Assembly (NCBI GenBank): GCA_965644295.1
Contig: CBFFRP010000431.1
Coordinates: 358,808 to 422,807 of the forward strand
From: Paraphysomonas bandaiensis
Taxonomy: Eukaryota; Protista; Chrysophyceae
DNA length: 64,000 nt
Direction of reading: 5' to 3'
Shown here: piece after piece, positions 1 through 12,827 of the stretch
Position numbering within the stretch: the first letter of the stretch is position 1
Layout of the letters: each line of letters opens with the position of its first letter
Notes under the pieces: model-generated
Seen by the model: only the letters and a program-made list of their open reading frames with translations
Told to the model about the DNA's origin: nothing
Databases searched by the model: none
Made by a program: the position numbers and the translations under genes

Positions 1-3000
1 TCTACAGTCACTGATGAGTCCCCTCATATTATAGAAGGTATATATGGATCAAATGGTTTCTATTTTCAGGTAGTTTGATATGAATAACACTGTTAGAATG
101 ATATCTAATCTATGAATTTAGCAAAGAAGAGGTCGTCTTGATTTAAGAGGACTTGCTCAAATAGATTTAGATCGTGTAGTTCGAGATGTTGATGTTGATG
201 TGTTACAGGTAATATATATACATATGCATACATAGAGATAGACATACATACATATATAGAGATAGATATACTAATATATGTATATGAAAGTCTGATGAGG
301 AATATAAATGCATCTGATATTCGCTATATACATCAGATGCATTTAGAAAACATTACGTTTTGCAACCTGAGAGAGGATGATCTGCGGTTCATAACTGATC
401 AACATGTCGTCAAGCTCTTCCGCACATCTCAGCTTATCATTGAATATCTACTATTCGCTCAAGAGCAACTGACAACGAACCTCAATACGCTTGCTTCTAA
501 ATATGCGCATAAAAAGAGGTTTGGTATATATATTTTTCGTTATCAGATGTAATTTTGATATGAAGGTCTCTGCTTCGTAAGCGGAAGGAGCTAGAAGAGC
601 TACAAGAAAACAGCAAAGTCCTACGAGCCCAGCTTCGGTCGAAGAAAAAGGGAATTCAGACTTTAGAGGGTCTACTTAAGGACGCTTCGAACGCTAAGCA
701 GAGACCTAAACGGGTGAAGTCTCCTCCACCCCCCGTAATGCCGTCACAACCGGCTGAACAGCCGGTGCCGGTTAAACCATTAGTATGCAAGTTCTTTGTG
801 GCTGGTCCTAATGGGCTGTGCGTCGAGTTCAATACACGAAATTCCTCTACTGTACACGAACTGAAGCGGGAGGTGAAGCAAGCTTTTGTATCCAAACGAG
901 ATATGGAAGATGACGAATTGGGACCTGACCCTGTGATTAGTTTGGTGTACCGGGGTGTGGTCCTACTGAATGAAAATACACTAGAAGAAGTGGATATACG
1001 ACATGGTGACACTGTCGTGGCTGTTATTGAGAAAAACAAGCATGTTTCGAAAGCAGTAGAACCCCCAGTGCAGAGCGATCAGGTGGGGAATAAGGAAATG
1101 ATGGAATTTCTCGCTCGCCAGCATGAGAAGACCTCTGCTGAGATGAGGTTAGTGATCGCACACTTCATGTCGTGATCGTATTAGTAATGCCGATATGTAA
1201 ATGTATCACGTATAGGGACGGGTGGAAAGGTCTAATGGAAACAGTTGTGTCTGCTCTGCGTCAGCCACAGACGTCCTCTCCGCGTAGCCCTAGTCCCTCC
1301 AACGATGCTATCATATCTAAAGTAGACGATCGACTCTCTCAGATTGAGAGGGCAATGCGAGAGCAACTTAATTCACAATATGAACAAATGAAGGTGATGC
1401 TAGAGCGCTATATCTCCGTCTATCGCTTAACAGTAGTGTTTTTGTTTGAAGGGAACATTCAACCAGATGCAGACAACTAACCCGCGCTTCATTGTTGGCG
1501 ACCTCGAGAGCGATACAGATGACCGCTTGCTGAGCCGGGAAGAAATAGAGAGGAAATTGCGGGCATCTTACAATAAACTGAAAGGACTTGAAGACAAGGT
1601 GTGGGTTCTGCCACGAAGTGTTGAATGAAAACATTTTGTATAGTTGCTTGCCGTCATGTAACTTCACACAATGACTATGTGCTCAGATTGATTCGTCCGA
1701 GTTAAGTTACGAGGATCTGAAGCGGCTACAACGACGCCAAGCACAAGAGATTGAGGATCTTCGGCGTATGATGTCTGAACGATCGGCACCCACTCCGACA
1801 ATAATATATCAGCAGCAGCCCACCCCAACTCAGCCGAAAGTTCAGGTCGATGCAGCTGTTGAGACATCTCCAAAGATATCCCGTAAGAACGTAACACGGG
1901 CAGCGCGGAAAGCTCCGGAGCCAGAGCCTGTCAAGGCACCTCCGAAAGAGCCAGAGCCTGTGAAGGAAACCCCTGCTATTGTTCCGAAGGTGTCCCCTGC
2001 TCCAGTCATTAAAAAGCCTCCTGTCCCTGAACCCGAGCCAGCACCTGAGCCCGCGACGTTGTCGATATTCTTTTCCCCGAAGTACAACCGTGTGCTTCCA
2101 TCGATGGGCCTCAGCAATGGGGTAGAAGTTGTGGTTTCACAGTAAGTGTTTACTCCTCATAATATTACGAATTAATAATCGTTCTCTACAGGGATATCTC
2201 TGCTGATGATTTGGTATTCGAATTGAGACGTAAAATTGCTGAACAAGCCAACCTACCCCTGGCACGTGTGGCGCTGCACGACGGCAGCAGAACCATATCA
2301 CTTGGTGTGGATGTTGATCCTGATACATTCACTGCCGCAACTGTTCACTCAATGGTTGAGACAGGGGAGCTGGTTGTTGAGCTCAGGAACCCAGTCACAG
2401 GTACATTATGATATTTTCATCTATATGTTTTCTTGAACAAGGGATATGTGGTATGCATTTCGACAATGATTTGTGTTTGTATTGTACAGCTATGATGTGT
2501 CATGTGCTATATATTTGATCATACTTTTGGCGTAGATGCTCAGATCGACGTGTTGGTAAACCAATGGGAGCACTCTGATAGTGATACTCCTCGCAACTCG
2601 TTTGATGGCACTCGATCCTCTCGTATGGGCAGTCTGTCTCTAGGAAAGGTTCCGGAATCCACGCGACGTGACAGCGATGAGATATACTTCCGCACACTGC
2701 AACGAAGTCGCGACTTGGGCGATTCATTGAACTACGAGGATAATGATGGCGACAGTGAAGATGAAAATGAGCTGAAGGGGATCAGGAGCTCATTGGACCA
2801 ATTTTTGGGAGAAGTGAGCGACAAAGGAAGTCTTACCGATGACGAGCTTCGTGAAAAGGTGTGGTAGTGAATAAAGTACGACAAATGGTTTTCATATGCC
2901 ATTTTGTAGATGGACAGACTCAAAGGAACCATTGGGAATGCCCCGAAAAAGATAGAGAAGAAAATAACGTGAGTTTTTAGAAATGAATATCAGTGAGTAT

Positions 3001-3947
3001 TTAATTTCCGATGGAATGAACTATAATGCAGGGAGTATTCCGATTCTGTTCCTCGTGAAGTTAACCTTGCTGTGGACTCTGGCTCCGAAGATTACCTTTC
3101 TGATCGGAAGTCGAGGGGCGTAGCTTCTCTTCGCCTGTCGTCCTCGTCGTTTCGGCGCAGTGGCAAACATGCACTTGGTATTGGTCGATTTCAGAAACGT
3201 GACTATGACAGCGCGGCGGACGAGGATGACCTCACACTAACCGGCTCTCTGTCCCAGCGCAGTTCAGCATTTCCTCCCCGCGGCGTGCGGTATTCTTCAG
3301 GAGATGAAAGCCAAGATGCCATGTACAGTGACGATAAAGAGTACGCTGGTCTCAAGTATCATCGGGAAGGGTATTACAAGAAAGATGATGACGACGCGGC
3401 AAACAGCCATAGATCGTCATCTATTGGTCGTTCGTCAGCATCTTCGAGGCGAAGGTATGACGACAATTACGATGACGATAAAGCTTACAATGAGTCAACT
3501 TTGGGTACCTTGGAGTCCACCCAAGAAACACAGTATGATGGCGATATCAAAGATTCAACGGTTGGTTTCGATGCGACTGGCACTGGTACAGTATCCGGCG
3601 GAACGTATGTCAGTGAGGTATCCGGGGATGGAGATGTTGACCTTGACCGGACTGTTGATACGAATGTATCTATGCCCGAAGGGAGTGTTACGTACAGAGC
3701 TAACGAATATGAGCGTGCGGCTCTGCGGGAGGAAGCCGTTCCCCGTGACCGATCATCTAACCCAGTCACTCCCGTCCGTGGACTTGCTACACCTCCAGGT
3801 CACCGCGTACCATCTACCGGAACCGCCTCACCATTTGATAACATGCTCTCTGATGAGGATGACGGGAGTCTTGAACTATCGCAATCTCATGACACATTTG
3901 CCAATATTACACAAGACCCTCGAAATGATACAGTGCAGAGGTTTTAG
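1..3947 (+). CDS. DZIP1/Iguana-like ciliary protein (Dzip-like N-terminal domain + coiled coil) with two ubiquitin-like domains and a long acidic/Ser-rich tail; multi-exon, 5' end just outside window
   Basis: Manual splicing (introns 70-121, 209-337, etc.) gives ...GFYFQ|QRRGRLDLRGLAQIDLDRVVRDVDVDVLQ|MHLENITFCNLREDDLRFITDQHVVKLFRTSQLIIEYLLFAQEQL, which matches the Dzip-like_N motif. A UBL-like segment (STVHELKREVK...LVYRGVVLLNENTLEEVDIRHGDTV) lies at ~780-1030. Later ORFs 1768, 2211, 2502 and 3072 are joined by GT-AG introns; internal exon boundaries were only partly verified. Confidence 0.75.
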
Positions 3948-4429
3948 TTGTCACATATATACTGTAAGCAGATAGTAACAGTGTAGTAGTAGTAATTCTT
4001 TTGTTCTATAATGTGTAATGAATATTAAGCTTTGTTGAGGTTTGCGTATTTGTAAGCAATCGAAAGCTGTATTTGAAGGTATTCAAATTATGACTATTAG
4101 TTTAACAATACAGTAGTCGACTACGGTAGGACATAAATTAACGATATAATATGAATCAGTTAGAAAAACTGAAATACTTTGACTGTATTAGGTGTTAGAT
4201 CTGAGATCGTACCTATCTAAGATCTGATAACAATTATTGGTGGTAGAGAGATTGTAATCTTAGCAAATGACGATTAATGAAACGTGACGTTGATTATAAT
4301 TTACTAATTGATAATTGCCTATCCTCTTTTGTCTAAAAAATGCTTTTTACCTGATTTGGGTTCAACAAAATGTTCATATTAGCACCGGGCAAATACAAGC
4401 ATTCAACTTCAATATTCGGTTCGAATAAG

Positions 4430-4700
4430 TGTCACTTGTGTATCTTTGGGTCTTGTGACGAATAAACAGACATCCGGGAATAGTCCCACCTCAAGGGTAT
4501 CCGGAGTATTGGCTGAAGTCAAGCATCCGGGCTGTTTACTTTAAGGACTCTAGAATCCTGAAGTTAGTAAATGTCAGGTATATCAACACTGCTTGATCAC
4601 TGCGTTTTGCGTTTGCTTTGAGTGATAGGGCGAAAGTGGTTGCACCTTGGTGCTTGCGGCGACTCAGTAGCAGATTTCGTGGCGTTAAAAAGTAGGATAT
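4430..4700. repeat. Dispersed repeat family X, copy 1
   Basis: Colinear with the reverse complement of 25520-25865, 16400-16660 and 47690-47885. Shared words include GCTGAAGTCAAGCAT, GCGTTTGCTTTGA, GCACCTTGG and TAAA.AGTAGGATA. Confidence 0.8.
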
Positions 4701-4832
4701 CGGAGTAAAGCACAAGGCATTCACTACGTTTGCTGGATAGTTCACATGCCACATCAACCCCGTTTCAAAATTTTGAGCGCGAGACGATATATAGCCTATA
4801 TATAACCCGCGGTAAATATAAGCTATTTTAAA

Positions 4833-5106
4833 CAGGGCCTGGTAACCATTAATGGTAATGGCACCGCACTCTCTATCAGGGCTGCGTAACAATGAATTGA
4901 CACAGGTTGTAGTCTATTATTATTGCAATTATGATTTGATGTCCCAATTTCAATAATTGACAATAACGCAGCCCTGCTCTATATTATTTGCGATATTGTC
5001 GATTATCTAATTAGGTATTAATGACCATTATAATTGCCGGGACATTTTCATTACTGCCGTTAAAATTTCCAGGAACTGGACACCCATTAATGGTTACCAG
5101 GCCCTG
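4833..5106. mobile_element. Non-autonomous hAT-type MITE (outer)
   Basis: Perfect 23-bp TIR CAGGGCCTGGTAACCATTAATGG / CCATTAATGGTTACCAGGCCCTG. The flanking 8-mers are degenerate (attttaaa/atttagag). Same family as 16212-17261. Confidence 0.85.
4877..4976. mobile_element. 100-bp hAT-type MITE nested inside the 4833-5106 element
   Basis: 11-bp TIR CAGGGCTGCGT / ACGCAGCCCTG with an 8-bp TSD ctctctat/ctctatat (7/8 match). Confidence 0.8.
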
Positions 5107-5580
5107 ATTTAGAGATTAAGTTTATACGACCCTATTGTATAATCTTGTCAAGCTTCAGTAATAAGTGAATACGTGATTACTAACGACTTCAGAAATCAAG
5201 GAATTGTACACAACTAGATTTTTTTTCGAACCATCAATTGAATTAATTATCACAAATTCGAAGAGATATTAACAGCAATACTACTATAACATCTATTTCT
5301 AAAAACAGTACAATATTTGATATTACAATACGCACACACTACATCCAATAAATCGTCTAACTGCGTAAGAATACATGATATATAAATGAGTAACCTAGGT
5401 CTATGTTGTGTAATGTTAAATACACATATCCAACACCGCACCGACATCTACTGCATATAATTATAATCTGTGATGAATATTATCACTTCTTCACAAACAC
5501 TTCGAGGTGTATAATACAAATGCCGAAGCAATAATATACTAATATAACTATCGATATATGATACTCCTTTCTTAATTCGG

Positions 5581-6702
5581 TCAGTCCGGCATTACTGACA
5601 AATGACCCGAACTAGAAACGGAGTGAGTTTCCTGCTGCATTGATGGCTGCGTGGATGTACTTGCGCGGTTGACAACTTCCTTTATTGGAGGTGGTTGGGC
5701 CTGCTGCTGCGGTGGCGCGAGAGCGCTAACAGCACTGCCAAGTAAATGTTTCACAGCATTTTTTATAACTGCGCCCTTATGTAGGGTCCACTTCACAGGT
5801 TTATAGCGGGGCTTCGTTACAGCAACTAAGCCATCTGTAACTGTCTCTTCCGGTTGAATGCGATTAGGGTATCGAACTTGGAAGGGCGATGAAGGTGGAG
5901 TCGTGGGGATATCAACGGGCGCGACTTCTAAAAATCTGTTCTCCGTTATGCTTTCTTCTTCTTGCCGATAGGCAGCAGCGGCAGCTTCAACGCGGCTATG
6001 GGCTGTGTAGTACTCCTCAGCGCTTACAAAGCACGAGAAGTCCAGTATTTCTACCAACTTCAGCTCCAATGCATTCACACGTTCAACTTCAAGCATGCCG
6101 TTTCCAATGGAGGAGGCGAAGTCACAGTTTAACATCGAGAAGTCGTCAAATATTTTACACGACAGTAAACAGCACGTCATAAATGCCGCTTTCCAGTTGT
6201 ACGAGCACAACCGGAATTCCATGTTTGTAATTCTCATTATTCTTTCAACGTAAATGAGGGCTATGATCATGTGCTCGTATTCCACACTAGCATTCTGATG
6301 AAGTAATGTGACAAACCTCTCGATAGTTCGAATCGGTACATCCTAAAATACATAATCCATTAGAAAAATATTACACACATACATATATATATCACTGACC
6401 TCAGCGGAGTGACTATATTCCGTTAAGATAATATCACAACCACCTTTATTAAACACACTATAAGATGAAGAAGGAAAGTATCCTTCCACTTCAGCATCTT
6501 CAATATGTGCAGAAATAACTGAAGCCACTGAATGGACTCTATAAATATCTATACTTTCAAAGTATTCCTTTTTTGATGATTGTTTTTTTATACATCTTTT
6601 CACTGGTGTATCTGAACTATCAGTAAATACCGACCATTTAAGCTCATCAGAGCTTTCTTTTGGTGTTGAAATACTATCTGATAGATTCAATTTCAGAATC
6701 AT
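5581..6702 (-). CDS. Cyclin Y / PHO80-like cyclin (2 exons)
   Basis: Cyclin-box motifs IIALIYVERI, NWKAAFMTCCLLSCKIFDDFSMLNCDFA and VNALELKLVEILDFSCFVSAEEY. A GT-AG intron at ~6400-6343 joins ORFs 6343-6702 and 5581-6285. Confidence 0.85.
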
Positions 6703-7549
6703 TATAAATAATTAATAATTCAAATTCATTTTCAGTTTTTTACGTGTAAATGGTGTATGTATATCATAAATGTTCATCATGTTATATGATCATATGATAA
6801 TACAAATGAATCTAATACTTTTAATTCATATGGTTAATCATTCTTAATGCTAATCCATATGGAGATGACTGTGTATGTCTATGTCTGTGTATGTCTATGT
6901 ATGATGTATGTGTATGTGTCTATAGGAGTGAAACTATCATCATCATTTTATTCTGAATGGATGAAGTGACTTTTTAGAATTACGATTTTTTAGGGAAGTA
7001 AAAAATTTTCTTTATATTTTCAGGTACGAAATTTGATTTTAATGACTGAATATAAGCGTATGTGAAGGGAGAAAGAAAATTCATTGTTTTTCCGTTACTA
7101 TATATCTCATACACTCATTTTAGTTTCAAAAAATGAATGGTTTTCAGGTTACTTCATCTTCACCACCACCAGATTACAAAATACATCTTTCTTTTTTTAA
7201 TTTCTACACTTCTAGATTATTCTGAAAAAATGCGATTTTCTAACTCTTCAAATAAACAAAATTTGGTGGTGATATATACCAGTGAATGGACCGGACCAGC
7301 AGCTGACCAATCCAATCCATATAATCATTGTACGTAAACTACTATACTACTATATGGTACATATAAAAAAAAGTAAAGAAAAGTTTGGAAATTTTTATGG
7401 ACATAATTTTTAGGAGTATACATACATACATTACGCACTTTACCCTCCATATCATTTAAACACATCACACGTGGAACCTTCTAATAACTGCATGACTTGA
7501 TTACCTCTCTATATTTCATGATATTCATTATTGTCAATTGATTTATTAT

Positions 7550-9361
7550 ATGACAACTCCACGTAAAGCATTTAACGAAATCAATTTAATACTATCACCA
7601 ACTAGTACACATATGGGATATAGAGACAACACTCCTATTAAATCATCTAATGGGATTGATTCGGATCGATTAATACAGTTAGAAAAGACAGGAGAGGTAG
7701 AGTCATGCTTTTTAACCCCAGAGAAAACGGCCAATGATGCCAAAATATTATCTCCAATAGCACTGGCGAGGTTGATTACTTATGCCATTGAACTGAAAGG
7801 TCCAACACGTATTGGAGAAATTGGAAAGTTCTTACAGCTTGCTACTGGAAATGAGGGGATTGTACTATTTATCAAAATGCAGTTAAAAGGTCTCAAGAAC
7901 CTCCTTTTGGGATTTAGTTCTCTGTTTCGATTAGGCAATGACCACCCTTTCAACCCGACAGTGTACTTAAGTGACTCATATATATCCAAAATGAATACAC
8001 TGAGGGCACAAGCTCAGGAAGAACTACAACCTTTTTATTCGTATGACAGTGGCATTTTTCAACAATTCCCCATTGCTGGAGTGACGTGCCCAGTGTCACA
8101 GGACGGTGAGCGACCAAGTGACCTCAGCGACGCAACTGGTACTACTCGTAGTCGTAGTCGAAGCAACAGCACTGAAGGGCTTGATGGCGCTGTCAGCAGT
8201 CCCACCCGATTGAATGGGACAGACGAGAGTCATACGGAGTATGGGACGCATCTGCAAGCATCTGCAGAAGCTCTTGCTCAGAATATAGGTGCACCTTATT
8301 CAAATATATACTGTTCCGTAATGACAAGTTCATACAGTGCTTATACTGGAGGAGAGAGGCCCGATGCCTGTGGGAGAGATCGGAAAATTCCTACAGCTGT
8401 ACACGGCTTCAGGTAACACAGTAACTTTATTGGCCGTTTAGTTGTCACACAGCTTATAGGAAGTGAAATGTCCCATTATATCAAGGCCCAATTCCGTGGG
8501 CTTCGGAAGCTAATAGCTGGTTTCAGACGACTCTTTACTATGGATCAGTCACATCCATTTAACCCTTGTGTGCATCTCTCCGCAGAGTATATGTCATACA
8601 GCAATGCCGAACGAAGCACTTTGGACCTCTCACCACTCTTTGTGTTTGAGCCGGTTTCTACAGTACTGTCGCCTACATCTGACTGCGACAAATTCTCTGC
8701 GTCCAGTAGCAACACAAATGCACTTTTGAAAACCTCCCAGAAGAACTCTACCAATAAACAGAAGAAGTCCAAGAAGTCATCCCCAGCTGGAAAATCCAAA
8801 GGGGTGCAAGGAAAGCCCAATAACGGACAACCACAGCATTGGACTGGCCTCTGTGGGGACGGACAACAGGGAGCGGAAGGATTCATGCAGCACTGTAATA
8901 TGAACTTACAGTATTATTCGTACGGTCAGCAGTGCTCCATTAACGATCCGCACAGTACATATAGTGAAGAGTATCCTGTTCTCACTAGTAGCACACGACA
9001 CTCGTCAGGCGAAGCTACGGCGTCACTCTACAGTTCCGCTGTCGAAAACGGGTGGTTAGGGACCTCCAGAGATCGTTCTCAGGCATTAGAATGCGATCCC
9101 TCCACAAATAATACAGCTCCTCCCCCCTCCTCTTGGGGCGCTTATAAGGCATCCATTAACTCCACAGTAGAGGTACCTATTCCTCATGCAGATACTTCCA
9201 ATAGAGACAGTTGTGTATCCTGTTTGGAGCCTTATTTTGCCGGGATGAGAATTCCAGATCAAACTTTTGTAGGCAGTCCAGATGATAGCAAGCAAATGAT
9301 GTGCATGTCTCCAAGTTATATCAGGCATTCACACATTTTAAATATGTTGGATATTGAGTGA
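7550..9361 (+). CDS. Protein with two tandem ~70-aa winged-helix/LOTUS-like domains and disordered linkers (3 exons)
   Basis: Repeat 1: KGPTRIGEIGKFLQLATG...IKMQLKGLKNLL...DHPFNPTVYL. Repeat 2, after removing two ~48-nt introns (~8289-8337, ~8413-8459): RGPMPVGEIGKFLQLYTASGSEMSHYIKAQFRGLRKLI...SHPFNPCVHL. Confidence 0.7.
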
Positions 9362-10642
9362 GCGACAAATCCATATCAATTTAATAAATGAGTCATGATT
9401 GCCATTAGTAGTTCCCAATATTTGTTATCATGAAGTTTATGGTGTAAACTATCTGCTACTATGGGGTGAATTGGACAACGGAATATTGCAATAATACTAC
9501 ATGAGAATGATAACTAGTCCAGTAGTAAACACGACAATTATTGACCAGAAGTCTGCTACTAACTAACAATTATTAAGCCCCACTAACTAACAATTATACT
9601 GCAAATTAACAGGCTACTATTCGGTCAGAAACTAGGTGTAAGATCAAACTTAACATTTTCTCGCAATTCACTAGTTCAAGTATGAATGACCATTAGAAAA
9701 TTGCTTATTTTTAGAGCATTCCAATGGTTGTGTTTTTTATATATTTTACCTTGTGTTCTACGCAGTTGCTGTATAGTCGCATCATGAATTCTTTAGTTAT
9801 GTTAAATGTTAAACTATACACTGGTAGTTTAACCACGCTAGGTCATTCTACTTAGACACTAATGGAAAGTACTAAAGAAATTTTTTACTTCCGAAGAGAA
9901 GATGTAGCAGTGTTCGACAAAGTAGTTATAGTTTTAACACGTTCTACCTGTCAAGGGTCGCGTTAAGCAATTCCTGTACAAATAAACACTTCTCTATTTG
10001 AGATTCGATTTCACAATCAGGTTTCTAACTCTTCTTACGAGCGATTTATCATTCAAAGCCAGGCTTTCACTGCCATCAATCATACATGATCATTCTACAG
10101 CTGTATATAAAATATATCCTATCATATGTATATATATGTATATATAGATAGTCATCGTCCATGACAACTAACAACTACTATTCAGACACTCATATGATCA
10201 TTCATCATACTTCTTATAGTGAGGTACATATCAACTATCGCAATTATGTTAAGAATACTCATATGAATATCATTGATTTATATAATAGCATAGCAGTCAG
10301 TGCATTGCATCCATATGCAGATCTTGATATCGCTCTATTTACGACTGCACACATATGATATCCAGATATCTAGATATATTGAGTACAATACATATTTAAC
10401 CTTCAAAAGTCCCTAAATTTTATATTTTCCATTTATAAATCCTTCATATTTATACAAATCTTGTTTATTTCAGAAAATTTTATCTATATATCCCGTATTT
10501 TATGATTTATATGGAGGAGTTTCGTAAAGAAAGTGCGTATATAAACTAGGCCTACTTGCTTAATGTGTGTAACCTACTAGAGTTGTAAACATTACGGCAA
10601 CAAGTGTTTGTTATTATAATATTAAACCATATTATCATCATA

Positions 10643-11053
10643 ATGAATCTCATAAAAGGTCCCAAAGAATGTTTGGAAGTTATTCAGTTGCTTACTGATA
10701 AATTCACTGATATAAAGCTTCAACAAGAGGCTGATATTGCTCTACTTAATTCATGTGGTCAAGTTGCTGTTGAATGTGTAGAAAAAAATGTAAAACTTGC
10801 TAATAAATGGTTACAAGAATGGGTTGATGAGGAAATATCATCATCTCAAACCCCTGAGGCTAGTTCTAAGCGTCAATCAATACGTTTTTATGATTTTCTA
10901 GCATTATGTGAAATTTTCATGGATGCCGCTCCAGAGATTGCAGATGAACTCATTGCATTGGAGTCAGTGTTCATTCCTTTTGGACCTCAATTGCTACCTC
11001 CTGTTCAAAAAAGTAATCCTAAAGCTCAGAGCAATAAGAAATCAAAGAGTTGA
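10643..11053 (+). CDS. Hypothetical 136-aa helical protein
   Basis: Uninterrupted ORF with protein-like composition after an AT-rich leader; no family recognised. Confidence 0.55.
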   Translation: MNLIKGPKECLEVIQLLTDKFTDIKLQQEADIALLNSCGQVAVECVEKNVKLANKWLQEWVDEEISSSQTPEASSKRQSIRFYDFLALCEIFMDAAPEIADELIALESVFIPFGPQLLPPVQKSNPKAQSNKKSKS

Positions 11054-11730
11054 GATGGGAGTCTGTTTCGTTTTCTTCACATCAAGCATAAATGCTATAT
11101 ATACCATTTCAATACATTGCTTCCATATGAAATTTTCAATGCAAGTCACTGGAACGGATAGTGGAATTATGATCGCAGAAACGTATTGTACGATTCTTGA
11201 AAGGTGCTTCCAAACCTCAGCTAACGCCCCTACAAGGTTATCCTGATAAGACCTCACAATGTTCTGTATGCTATGAGTGCAAGGACTACGAGTAGTGGAT
11301 GGATATAGGCACATAGATGAAGTCAGTAGCTGGAGAACATGTTAGTTTTGCCAATAGTCTTGCATTTCGACTTTTATGTCATAATTATAAGTGCAATACC
11401 GAGTTGTAGTATTACTAGCACTCTATCTCTGCTTCCAACGGTAGATGTCATGTCAATATCCATTATTTATATAATGCAAATAAAATTATAAGAATACGTA
11501 GTTTTAATTACAAGTGATGAAAGGTGTATGAATAATAAACCTCGTATATATCTGCTTTGCTTTTAGTTGAAAAATAGCGTGACAGTTTCTAACGCCAGAA
11601 TTACATAGTGCATAGGTACTTGTTATATCTCATATAAAATATTTTTGCATAGCATTATCCGTATCTCTTACGTATTAGAGTGATGTTAGTTGTTATTCTT
11701 TTTCTGTATGTACATAATCAATGACACAGC

Positions 11731-11859
11731 TAGGGAACAAGTAATGTCAAAAGTCATTATATTGCAGTAGTATTGTGTATTGTTGGATAGAAAAGTGGTG
11801 CATTATTATTGAAGGGAACCTAGCTTACTATACTTTTGCAGTATACTACCTGTTCCCTA
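11731..11859. mobile_element. Small MITE-like element (GGG...CCC termini, Tourist/Harbinger-like)
   Basis: Imperfect inverted termini TAGGGAACAAGTA...AAAAGT / ACTTTT...TACCTGTTCCCTA. Confidence 0.45.
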
Positions 11860-12827
11860 ACCCTAATCAATAACAGTCATCCACGCCATTAGTCTATTCA
11901 TAATTCTAGTTTACGTAAGCACCACTGTTCACGTGCGAAGCATAATCAATTTCTTGTACGTAAATATTATATACTGTCGTCACTCCTTACATAAGTAATA
12001 TGACACGAATTCCTTACGAATGAGTAGTCTTAGCCTGTACTGATCAATTGTATCTGTTCGTACAAAAGTACAAAACTACATGAGGCAATTTATCTCACCC
12101 CGGCTGTGGAATGAGGAGCAGTTGATCAGCTACTCTTTCGGGGCAATTTGAGTTTTAACATAACATGCCAGGGTGAACAGTAAGTGTCAGAAAGCCAAAG
12201 ATTTGTTCAGCGCATACTTTTAGCTGCCTCTTGTGATTATGATGAGGGCCATATACCCACAATTGAAATTAAAATGTCTTCGATACTGATGTAAACCGAC
12301 CTGAAAGTGTGCCTTGTTGTTATTTCTACACTTCGCTACATTCACAGTCCAGAGTATATGCATTTCATATCTCAATACCAAGAGTTTACTATATCTTGTA
12401 CAAGAGCGGAGGATATGATGCATAGATATGGTGATACATTCATGATTTCAACTGCTTGATATACGCTGTATTTGACGCTGTATTCTGTATTGAATCTTTA
12501 AGCTTGACGGTTATCACTAGAATACGGAATACAATCATTATACTGCCGTATAATACAATACAACCCTCCAAAAACAACCGTTTTACACATAATTTAAATG
12601 TAAGTATGTGTGTATGTAGAGCTTAACTATGTATATGTCTGTAGGTGTATGTATGTATGTGTGTATATGTATATATGTATGTGTGTGTGCAGGTGGTATG
12701 TATGTATATATGCTCATCTATAATTCTATCATCAGTAACCTCTCAGCTTATTCATATACAATACACGAGTGAAAACATCTCATAACTTCCTTCTCTATCT
12801 AAACTATTCTTCTAATCTATTAATCTA

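Noticed and set aside
11855-11866. Telomere-like CCCTAACCCTAA (also ~44363-44378)
   Set aside because: Only two units; compatible with chance or a MITE end.
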